A DNA stretch of 62,215 nucleotides from contig CM119270.1 in NCBI GenBank assembly GCA_051294375.1, forward strand, positions 21,712,650 through 21,774,864. Direction: 5' to 3'. The notes beneath the pieces were generated by a model that made no database searches, was not told the DNA's origin, and worked only from the letters and a program-made list of their open reading frames with translations. Every line of letters starts with the position of its first letter. Positions within the stretch are counted from its first letter, which is position 1. The translations under genes were made by a program, and so were the position numbers. Positions 52,120-62,215 of this stretch are shown piece by piece. Source of the DNA: Paraspadella gotoi (Eukaryota; Animalia; Chaetognatha).

Positions 52120-53283
52120 ATAATGGGAGGAGAGCGAGAAGGAGAAGAAGAGGGAGGAAGCAGGAGGAGGAGGAGGAGAGGGAGGAGAGGAAGAATGGAG
52201 AGAGAGGATAAGAAAGGAAGGAGATTCAAGGAGAATGAGAGAGAGAGAGGAGGAGAAGGGGAGAAGAAGATGGAGGAAGAGAGAGAGGAGGAGAGAGAGG
52301 AGGAGAAGGGAGAAGAAGAGGAGAGGAGAGAGAGGGAGGAGAGAGAGGAAGGAGAAGGGAGAAGAGATGAAGGAGAAAGAGGAGAGAGAGAGGGAAGGGG
52401 AGAAGAAGATGGAGGAAGAGAGAGAGGAGGAGAGAGAGGCAGGAGAAGGGGAGAAGAAGATGGAGGAAGAAGAGAGAGGAGGAGAGAGAGGAGGAGAAGG
52501 GAGAAGAAGATGGAGGAAGAGAGAAAGGAGGAGAGAGAGGAGGAGAAGGGGAGAAGAAAGATGGAGGAAGAAAAGAGAGGAGGAGAGAGAGGAGGAGAAG
52601 GGGAGAAGAAGATGGAGGAAGAGAAGAGGAGGAGAGAGAGGAGGAGAAGGGGAGAAGAAGATGGAGGAAGAAAGAGAGGAGGAGAGAGAGGAGGAGAGGG
52701 GAGAAGAAGATGGAGGAAGAGAGAGAGGAGGAGAGAGAGGAGGAGAAGGGGAAGAAGAATGGAGGAAGAGAGAGAGGAGGAGAGAGAGGAGGAGAGGGAG
52801 AGAAGAAGATGGAGGAAGAGAGGAGGAAGAGGAGAGAGAGGAGGAGAAGGGGAGAAGAAGATGGAGGAAGAGAGAGAGGAGGAAAGGAGGAGGAAGAGGG
52901 GAGAAGAAGATGGAGGAAGAGAGAGAGGAGGAGAGAGAGGAGGAGAGAGAGGAGGAGAAGGGAAGAAGAAGATGGGAGAAGAAGAGAGAGAGGAGAGAGA
53001 GGAGGAGAAGGGGAGAAAGAAGATGGAGGAAGAGAGAGAGGGAGGGAGAGAGAGGAGGAGAAGGGGGGAGAAGAAGATGGAGGAAGAGAGAGAGGAGGAG
53101 AGAGAGGAGGAGAAGGACGAGAGGAAGGAGGAGATCAAGGGAGAGGAGAGTTGAGGAGGACAAGAGGAAAAGGAGAGGGAGGAAGGAGGAGGAGGAGAGG
53201 AAATTAAGGAGGAGAAGAAGGGGAGGAGAATAGGAGAAGGGAAGGAGAGAGGGAGAAGAGGGATGAGAGGGAGGAAGGGAAGA
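52120..53283. repeat. Polypurine minisatellite (GAGAGAGAGGAGGAGAAGGGGAGAAGAAGATGGAGGAA-type)
   Basis: More than 1.1 kb of almost only A/G with a recurring AGAAGATGGAGGAAG core; open in most frames because of composition. Confidence 0.9.
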
Positions 53284-53860
53284 ATATGGCGAAAAAAGGC
53301 AAAACTGAGAAACGAAAGGAGGAAAGGAAAGGAGGAAAGAAGTTGTGATAAACAATAAACAAAAGATTAAATTGCTTTTTGGTTTTGCGGACTGACAGAG
53401 AAGAATATAGAGACATACAGACATTAAGAGGGACTGATAGACAGACGGCCGGAAATGACAGTTTGAAAAGGCTTTTAGAGAGAAAGAACAAATAGAAAGA
53501 GAGACAGACAGAAAAGCGCTTTGAGACACAGAGAGACAGACAGACAGAAAAAGTGATAGAGAAAGAAACAGACAGTCAGACAGAGACAGAGAGACAGACA
53601 GACAGAAAAGGAGATAGAGAAAGAAACAGAAAGTCAGACAGAGACAGAGGCAGTGATTGAAACAAACGCAAAAAGCGAGAGTCAGGATTTTTTTCTTTCT
53701 CGTTTATGGGGAAACGAATCTCTGCCTTCGCCGCTTCCAGCGGTTGGACGCCAGAGAGAGGGAGAGAGAGAGAGGGAGAGAGAGAGAGAGAGNNNNNNNN
53801 NNNNNNNNNNNNNATATTTTTTTATAATTAGATGTTTTGACAAGATTTAATGAAATAAAT

Positions 53861-53925
53861 GACCGACGGTCCGACAAAGTGAAATGTAGAGTCGGAATCT
53901 GTTGATAAGCAGATCCGACTAAAAA
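53861..53925 (+). mobile_element. Helentron/HINE-like 3' terminus with stem-loop
   Basis: GACCGACGGTCCGACAAAGTG then hairpin AGTCGG(A)ATCTG-TTGATAAG-CAGATCCGACT (53890-53920) followed by AAAAA. Confidence 0.55.
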
Positions 53926-55779
53926 TCAGGGAAAGATCTGGAAAGAGAGAGAGAGAGCGAGAGCAAGAGAGAGAGAGAGAGAGCGCGATACTGGTCAACT
54001 GGTCTTCTCTTTTTGTTGTTGTGTTTCGCAATAATCCTATTTTTGGTATTAATAAAAAAAAATCCTATTTACATTAAGTTTGTATTATTCACACGTTATA
54101 TGTATATATCTAGATATTTCTTCATATGAATTCATTAAAAAATCAAAATATACCATTAATATAGTCCCTTTTTGCATTATTTATCAAACGCAACCTAGAA
54201 TTATCTTATTCCATTGGATGCGAACACAACAAAAAAATATTTCGGGGTTTTTTTAGTGGAATAAATATTCTCCCTTTGGAATTTGACCTCAGACGAAAAT
54301 CTGGTGGAAGGAGTTCATATTTATAAGAGAGCAAGACGTGATGGCAGGGAGGGGAGAGAGGGGAAGGGAAGGAAGGGAAGGGTCAGAGAATGGGGAAGTG
54401 GGATGGGAGGGAAGGATCAGTGAATGAGAAAAGGGAAAGGGTCAGTCAGGAAAATATAAGGGACAGTGAATAGAGAAAGGGACGAAAAGGGAAGGGTCAG
54501 AGCGGAAGGGGGTGGGGAAGGGTCAGAGAATGTAGAAGGAGAAGGGAAGGGTCAGTAATTGGGAAAGGGGAAGGGAAGAGATGGGAAGGATCATAGAACG
54601 AAAAGGGAAAGGAAGACATTGGAAAGAATGGTACAGATGGGAAAGAGAGAAATTTGAAATTTAAAATTTAAAAAATTATAAAAATGAAGAAAAATATAGA
54701 AAAACAGGAAGAACAAAGAGAGTAAAAGATAGACAAAGAGATAGACAATGAGATAGACAAAGAGAAAAGAAATTAAAAGAGGAGGTCCGTTAAAAAAAGA
54801 ATTTGCTACGAAGATGAGTAAGAGAAAGAAAAAATGTTAAAACCAGATTGAAAGTCACATTAGACGAAACCTTAATAACACATTTGCAGTTTGACATATC
54901 ACCTTAAAAAACCATTTTGTTTAAAAAGAGTGAAAGATTTTGTGACCTTGCGTCCGGTCATTTTCCCCATGTCATTTAATTGACATTTTCTGACCAGTCT
55001 TTTCACCGTTCTAGTTGCTTTCTTGTCGCCTTCTTTTAGCCGAAAATCTCGTCACTTGTCATTCGATCATAATCGTTTCTCTGGAAAAGATCGGCTGTAT
55101 GGAACCGTAGTTTTTACGGAATCCAAGGATTTTCCACACCAATTTATTATACGATATTGATTTCGCTATTTATTTATTCTCTTCAATAATAAGCTTATGC
55201 ACGATTTTTTCACGATTTATTCGTCATTTATTCGACATTTACGTCATTCGAGATTTAGAAAACCTTGCTCCATGATAAAGCAGGTTTAACCTACAGCCGA
55301 CGAATCGAACGCGCGACCCTCGTAGCAAAGAAAATAATAAACATTTTCTACAAAAAGAAAACTTTGGTTCTCCATTAGAAAATCCGCGCTGAGAAAGAAA
55401 GGCCTTTTCTACTGTACTTAAATTTCGCGTCGGCTTCAATTTAAATAAAAAAAAAAAATTTACGAGGAGAATTAATAATGTTTTATAGCAATTGAAAAAT
55501 ATCGTATATAACGCCTCTCTCTCTCTCTCTCTTTTCAACCGCTTATATCCTGAGAGGCAAAAGAAAATTTTCCCTTATTTTTTAAGAACCCCCCATTTTG
55601 TCTTAAATTCGAAATTAAATTAATTTTATTTAATTAAAAAATAAGTTAGTTAAAGATTAATATTTGGATTAGGTTAATGATTAAGGTTAGGGTCTTGGTT
55701 AGCGATTAATTAAGGTAAAGGGTTTAGGTTAAGATTAAAAAACTAGGATGAGGCTTTAGTATTAAGTTTTATGATTAAG

Positions 55780-56022
55780 TTAAGGATCAGGGTTTTGTGT
55801 ATAGACTTTCGATTTCGTTGTTTATGGGCATTAGAAGAAAAACAATTTTTATTTGTTTTGACAACGAATTTTAGTGACAATTTGACAGACATGTTTCGAT
55901 TCTGTATTTTTAGATGATGAAGACTCTAAAAAAAATACAGAGTCGAAACATGTCTGTCAAATTGTCACTAAAATTCGTTGTCAAAACAAATAAAAATTGT
56001 TTTTCTCTTAAGGATCAGGGTT
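55780..56022. mobile_element. Fold-back insertion with 15-bp flanking direct repeat; probable Penelope-like element pseudo-LTR remnant
   Basis: TTAAGGATCAGGGTT at 55780-55794 and 56008-56022. Inverted 76-bp arms at 55836-55911 and 55931-56006 with one mismatch. An extra ~41-bp tail on the left only; hammerhead core at the centre. Confidence 0.7.
55915..55961 (+). ncRNA. Minimal type-I hammerhead ribozyme core, 5'-truncated (C3 and 5' strand of stem I lost)
   Basis: (c)UGAUGA 55915-55920, extra A, stem II GACUCU/AGAGUC (55922-55927/55939-55944), GAAA 55945-55948, palindromic ACAUGU stem III, GUC site ending 55954. Confidence 0.65.
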
Positions 56023-57332
56023 AAAGATTTGTTTATAATTTTAAAAACATATATAAATTAATAAATAAAGTGAAAAGTAAATTCTGCTATAAATGAACAG
56101 AAATGGGTTACTGTTGGAAAAGAAAGCCAAATTCTCTTTTTTTAAATTAATATTTGACAAAATTTGCAAAAGAAGAAGAGCAAACATTAATTTCCAAAAA
56201 AAAAAAAATCTTCAAACTTCATCGAAATTTTTTTTCGATATATTTTTAAAAAGGGGGGGCGGAGGGGGGGCGGGGGAGGGTTTGGCTCGTGGTTTGGGTT
56301 AAATTAAGAGGCCCTACGCGGGTAATAAATTGTATAATATTAGTGTATTGTATGAAATAAAAGGCGGTTAAAGAAGTTGCAGACAGCACGCTTTAGCCCA
56401 ATTAGCGCTTTATCCACAGTAGTTGAGAATAAATTAGGGGAAACACAGCGGTTGTGGTTAATGTGTCTGTCGTTGATACTGTGGAGAAGCGGCGGCTGCT
56501 GTGGTTGAGAAGCTAAAGATCCAATAAAACTATGATGAAAGGAGGAGGAGGAAGAATAAGAGGAAGAAAATGAGAAAAGGATCGACGCTTTAAGGAAAGT
56601 AAAGTTAGAGAAAGGGGGAGAGAGAGAGAAAATACTTGAGCTCACAAAAGGCAAAAAGGGACTTAAGAGAATTCACGACGAAACAGTAGAACGTTCGGGA
56701 TCACAAATGTCCTAATTGAGACTGAAGTTAATATTTGTCAAAATTAATTGTATCACGTTTTGGCCAGATTAGAGCCAATGCATTAACAATTTATAAATTA
56801 ATGTATGAAAAATAATATGAACGAAACCTTTTAAACCTTTGTTAAAAGTTTCTTAAATTAAAATAAAAAAATTAAAAGCTTTCAATTAGTAGTAAATGTA
56901 GCAGCATAAAAAACAAACAGTATCTTAAATTGGTGCATAATTACCGATTGAGTAGGGTTACCTTTTTTGGATTAAAATATTTTCGTTAATTGATCGAGCT
57001 TGCAAGCTCGCTTGATTATCGTTCAATTTCCGATTTTATGTCTGCTTGACTGCTTAGTTTTGCTTGATTGCTTCGAAGCGGATTTATGATTACTTCGTCT
57101 CTCACGAGATCCGCTCAAGGAAGCAAACGGTTTAGGGCTTTTTGAATAAGAATTCGTATTGTTAGTTTTAAACTTATATTAAATAAGTCAGTTCATTGAT
57201 GGAGAAGTCAGGTACTCTGGCAATGAACAAACGAGACTATGAGAGAGTCTTGATTGTGATTTTCTTGTATCGTGGCCTTAAACCACCGAAGTCGGTCCAA
57301 AGTCAGGGGCAAGATATCTTAATTATTAAATG

Positions 57333-57700
57333 TGTTTGATCTTGCCGACTAGAATTAATACTTTGGCCAAGAATCCTAAGGTCAGCGTAATAATGTAATT
57401 GCATCAATAAAAGGCACGAAGTCAATAATTAAAACCAGATAAAAGCAGAATAAAATTCAAGCGTCAAAATAGAATCTTAAGCAATTAGATAGAACACAGG
57501 TTTTGGAAACGGTAGGCCGTCCCAAGGGGCAAGATCGGAGCGTCTCCATTAAACCCCAGTCAACGCGTTTCTTCGTCGACTTCGCGCTAAATTCGCGTCG
57601 TTGATTGGTCAAGGCCAGCCAATCCAGGGCCACAGGGAAGAAGCTCACATTTTTGCGATCCAAAATACGAAGGAGAACCGATCGGCCCAACACAGATACA
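57333..57700. mobile_element. 368-bp solo-LTR-like insertion in repeat family A
   Basis: Starts TGT and ends ACA, flanked by AAATG at 57328-57332 and 57701-57705. The host repeat copy at 21061 (ATTAAATGAATGG) has a single AAATG. Internal AATAAA at ~57406 and ~57449. Confidence 0.75.
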
Positions 57701-57924
57701 AAATGAATGGATAATTTTTATATTAGGTGTACCAACTTCATAATTTAGAGAAAAAAAATAAATAGCGAAGACACTACTAAATTTAAATACCGTTACATTT
57801 TAATCATTTCTCTCGACAAAAATAATTTTGGTGAAGAAAAACCCAAATTTGCGAAACAAAAAAGTGAAATATTCACAAGTTGAAAAAAGACGACGTCTTC
57901 ACGCGAGAAAGTGGAAAATTAAAT

Positions 57925-57937
57925 CGCCCTCTGGTGG
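57925..57937 (-). promoter_or_regulatory. CTCF-like motif
   Basis: CGCCCTCTGGTGG, i.e. CCACCAGAGGGCG on the minus strand, as an isolated GC patch in AT-rich DNA. Confidence 0.4.
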
Positions 57938-58582
57938 CGAGAAAATAGAGTAAATTTGAGAAGAGGAAAACAAGAAATATTAAAAAAAAGGAAAAGGGGA
58001 TAAGCGGGAGGAGGAAGAGAGAGAGCGAGAGAAAGAGAGAGAGAGAGAGAAAGAGAAAGAGAGAGAAAAAATATTAGTAAAACGTTGAAAATTGATTATA
58101 AAAAAATGACTAGTTAGATAATTAACTTGCAGAGAGAATAAAATCTAATATTTTTCAAGCAACAAATTAATTTTCAAACTTTTCCATCCATGAAACAAAA
58201 CTTTAATCTATAACGAGACATTTTTAGAAATAATAATTGCGACTTTAGATTAAAACCGTCAAACAAAGAATTTAATTTGTCAAGCGGAATTAAAGTAAAA
58301 CATTACGGAAGAGAAAAAAGCTTGTGTAAGTTGATATGAATGGCTTTAATTTAAAATCTTTTTTTTAAATACTTAATAAAAATATAATTATTATTATATT
58401 TTTTGAAAAAATGAGAGAAAATATATTGGAGAAAAGTTTTAATGTAAAATAAAGTAAACATTGAAAACGAAAGGAAAAGCAAAGATGAGAGAATTTGCAA
58501 GCTAAGATAAGGAAATGCTTGGTTAAGATGAGCAGTGAAGTGAAAATGGAGATCAAGAAAGGGAGATTCATTCTCATAAATA

Positions 58583-58629
<47 letters not shown>

Positions 58630-58738
58630 ACGAGAGCAGTTAGTTCAGAGTTTAAAAAATCCAATTTAAATCAAGTTTGGCCGAGTGTTTAACAGTAGCA
58701 ACCAATTCGTTACAGCAACATCACGCTGCCTCACTTAC

Positions 58739-58852
58739 TCCAGCATTTTTGGTCCAGCATGAATTCGGATGTTTTAAGTCTCAAATTCTTTCTCTCAAAA
58801 TAACTCGACGACAGAATCATTTGTCTGGAATGGATTGACCCGCACTGGCCAC
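58739..58852 (-). CDS. 114-nt symmetric phase-1 exon, possibly the start of a divergent CUB-like extracellular module
   Basis: T-rich tract then GGCAG| acceptor and |GTAAGTG donor. Open frame GQCGSIHSRQMILSSSYFERKNLRLKTSEFMLDQKCW. Confidence 0.45.
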
Positions 58853-59163
58853 CTGCCGGGGATTCGCGAAAACAAAAAAAAAGGGAAATAAACGAAGCGA
58901 AAAAAAAGAACAACGAAGTTTGAATTTTATTTTTAGTGCCATTAGTGCAATTTTTCTTGCTCAATACTCATCGTTTAATCTTCTTATTGTCTTAATTGTC
59001 AAATTGTCTTTTTTATTTCAGAAAAAAAAAGTTTGAAGAAAAGGAAATCGTTTGAAAAAAAGAAAAAGAAAAAACAATTGGAAAAAAAATGGAGGGAAAA
59101 AAAAGGAAAGGAAAAAAATGAAGGAACAATAACAATATAAGGATTATTTGAAAGGAAGATTGA

Positions 59164-59199
<36 letters not shown>

Positions 59200-59296
59200 G
59201 AGAGAGAGAAGAGAGAGGGAGGAGAGCCAAACCTTGCAGACTGGAAGAAAAAATAGAAGGGCAGCAAGAGGAAAAGAAGCAAAGAAAGAGAGAGGA

Positions 59297-59371
<75 letters not shown>

Positions 59372-59549
59372 TATCACGCCCTCAAGCGGAGTTTTAAAAG
59401 ATTATCAGTTTCTGAAACAAAAACATAATATTCTTCGTAACAAAAAACATAGACTTAACAAATTCAATAGAGTTATATCCATCTATCCATCTTTCCATAT
59501 ATCCATCTATCCATCTATCTCTCCATCTCATAAGTCAAAGGTTGACAAC

Positions 59550-59593
<44 letters not shown>

Positions 59594-59982
59594 AACTTCA
59601 TCAAGAGAGGCTTGTAGTTTTGGGTCGAAGACTCATACGTTGATAGGTTAAAGGTGGTATCGTGTGTATATGTGCAGCCACACTGTCTTTAGTGTGCACC
59701 CACACTTTTTCGATGTTTTTGCTAATCAAGAAGTCGTTATCTTGTTAATCCGTTGCTCGCGAAGAAAATAATTACCTTTTTTACATTAATGCAAAATCGA
59801 ATTTAACAAATTGGAAAAAAATCCAAAAATTTATCACTGATGACATTAGAATGTCTGCATAGTTTATAACTATAACAACCATTTTTTTTCTAGCAAATTT
59901 CACCAACTCGCGAATGATATGTTAAAATTTTCATGAGAATAGCCAAAAAAATTATATCCGTCTTAGGCAAAATGGCCACAAA

Positions 59983-60013
<31 letters not shown>

Positions 60014-60090
60014 AGGAGAAATGACGTTGGTTTCGCAAAAAAAAAAAAAAAAACTCAATGCGATCATCAATTATGGACGTCGTTGTTTTA

Positions 60091-60121
<31 letters not shown>

Positions 60122-60229
60122 AATACAGTTTGCAAAGAGCGAAATATTTCAAATATAATTTAAATATTAAAATACGTTTGGCACGAAGCGGAAATATTTC
60201 AAATATTAATCCGCCTTAACCTCAACTTT

Positions 60230-60790
60230 GCGAAACGAAAGAAGAAAGAAAAAAAACAGTTGATAAATGAGAAGAAAACTAGCGATAGCAGCCTTGTCGT
60301 CGTTGTTGTCGTTGTCGTCGTTGTTGTCGTTTCCGTCCAGCAATGTTTTGGTAGGTCAGTTTGTGGCTTAGCAAAAGTTGTTGCAGTAGCAGAGCTTGCG
60401 GAAGCAGTTATTTGGGTAGCAATGGTTGCGGCATCAGTGATTGAGAAGCTGTGTTTGGGCTCAGCAGTGGGGATTGACGCGCAGCCAGTGGTTTGCGGCA
60501 GCAGTGCATTCTGGCAGCATGGGTTGCGGCAGCGGTGATTTTTGGCAGCAGGGGTTGCGCAGCGGTGATTTTTGGCAGTAGGGGTTGCGGCAGCTGTGAT
60601 TCTGGCAGCAGGGGTTGCGCAGCGGTGATTTTGGCAGCAGGGGTTGCGCAGCGGTGATTTGTGGCAGCAGGGGTTACGGCAGCGGTGATTTTGGCAGTAG
60701 AGGTTGCGGCAGCTGTGATTCTGGCAGCAGGGGTTGCGGCAGAGGTGGTCACTGGTTGTTTCGGTTGTGGAGATGAGTGAAATTTTCAGG
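60230..60790 (-). CDS. Possible mucin-like Thr/Ala-rich exon built on a 30-bp repeat (ITAAATPAAK)
   Basis: Unit TTGGCAGCAGGGGTTGCGGCAGCGGTGATT at ~60520-60740. Some units differ by 1 bp and shift the frame. The downstream frame stays T/A/S-rich and ends in a hydrophobic tail. Confidence 0.35.
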
Positions 60791-60883
60791 AGTGGTAAAG
60801 ACCAGACAAGTTTTGAATGTGAAGGAATAAAAAGGAGAAAAGAAAATGAATATTAAAAGGAAAAAGAGAGAAAAAAGTAAACA

Positions 60884-60930
<47 letters not shown>

Positions 60931-61052
60931 AGAGGAGAGAGGAGAACGAAGTAAACAAGGATCGGCGATGTAAATTGAAGAAGAAGAGAAAAGGAAGGAG
61001 GAAAGACTAAGAGATTGGGGAAAGACTGAAAACACGAAGAGAGAGAGAGAAG

Positions 61053-61111
<59 letters not shown>

Positions 61112-61626
61112 TGATCCAGAAAAAAGATAGAAGATTGAACTGGAGTCTGAGAGGGAAATGAATTGGAAAGTACGATCTTCAAGAGAAATCTTATTCAGTA
61201 ATGGAAAGAGAAAGGAAAAAAGCAGAAGGAAAAAGGAAAGGAGATCGAACGAAGGACAGGAAGAAAGGAAGGAAGGAAAGGAAAGGATGAAATAGAAGGA
61301 AAGGAAAGTGATCAGAAAGGAAAGCGAAGGATGGAAAGAAGGAAGATGGAAAAGGAACAGCGGAAAGGAAAAGGAAAGCAAGGAAAGGAAAGAAAAGGAA
61401 AAGCAACGGAAAGGAAGGAAGTGAAGGAGAGGAAGGAAGGCAAGAAGGAAGAAGGAAGGAAGAGGAAAGGGAAGTAAGGAAGGAAAGAAGGAAGAAAGAA
61501 AGGAAGGAAAGGAAAAGAAGGAAAGAAGGAAAGGAATGAAGGAAGGAAGGAAGGAAGGATAGGAGCGAAGGGAGGAAAAGAACGAAAGGACAGGTAGGAA
61601 AGGTAAGAAGAAAGAAAGAAAGAAAA

Positions 61627-61662
<36 letters not shown>

Positions 61663-61916
61663 AAAAGAATAGGGAAAAGGAAAAAAGAAAAGTAAGCGAG
61701 GAAACAAGATCGGAAAAATATTACAAAAGGAAACTTAAGGGAGGGAATAAATAAATTAATCATGTATATTAGAGTGAGAAATAAAAACCCAAAAACGTCA
61801 CTGACATTGACACTGACAGCGTATGACACTGACACTTACACGGATACCGATAGTCTGTGTCATGAGTTAAATTGATTTCCCCAAAAGTTACCCAACGATT
61901 AGAAATCGCAAGAAAG

Positions 61917-62136
61917 ATTATGATGACGATGATGACGAGTTGACGACGACGGTGATGATGATGATGATGAAGATGAAGATGATGATGATGATGAAGATTA
62001 TAATGATGATGATAATAATGATGAAAAGGATGATGAAGATGAAGATGACGAGTTGACGACGACGGTGATGATGATGATGATGAAGATTATGATGATGATA
62101 ATTATGATGATTATGATGATGATGATGATGCTAATT

Positions 62137-62171
<35 letters not shown>

Positions 62172-62172
62172 A
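61917..62172. repeat. (GAT)n microsatellite with internal duplication
   Basis: GATGACGAGTTGACGACGACGGTGATGATG occurs at ~61931 and ~62044 within GAT repeats. Confidence 0.9.
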
Positions 62173-62215
62173 TATAAATATAATATATATACGTAATATA
62201 ATGCTAGCCGCAATT

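Noticed and set aside
51931-53529. 532-aa ORF and overlapping 330-360 aa ORFs
   Set aside because: The polypurine/polypyrimidine repeat is open in most frames on both strands because its composition lacks stop codons; no domain.

Overview
This is AT-rich, microsatellite-dense eukaryotic DNA, probably from an invertebrate animal (spliceosomal intron signals, degenerate TTAGGG tracts, CTCF-like motifs). It comes from a gapped draft assembly. I found no rRNA, intact tRNA, CRISPR or prokaryotic-type genes, and almost all listed ORFs are artefacts of (AG)n, A/G-rich or N tracts. About 21 kb lies in four large noisy duplications (three inverted, one direct). Each touches one of the four gaps of exactly 25 N, so they are most likely long-read gap-filling artefacts or fold-back chimeras rather than biology. 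Sequence-supported features include: a decayed DYRK-like kinase pseudogene with an intron, a stop codon, frameshifts and several short deletions (48.6-49.7 kb); a 2.2-kb minus-strand Ser-rich reading frame that ends in a signal-peptide-like stretch and a perfect splice donor (16.0-18.3 kb); and a 76-bp-arm fold-back insert bounded by a 15-bp direct repeat that carries a minimal hammerhead-ribozyme core of the Penelope-element type (55.8-56.0 kb). Also present are a 368-bp TG..CA solo-LTR-like insert with a 5-bp TSD whose empty site occurs elsewhere in the window, Helentron/HINE-like ends, a MITE, many minisatellites, and clustered E-box/CCAAT/YY1/CTCF motifs. I cannot support a wholly new biological system here. 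The hammerhead fold-back and the kinase relic are the best leads. All alignments were done by eye, and boundaries of the large repeats are approximate.
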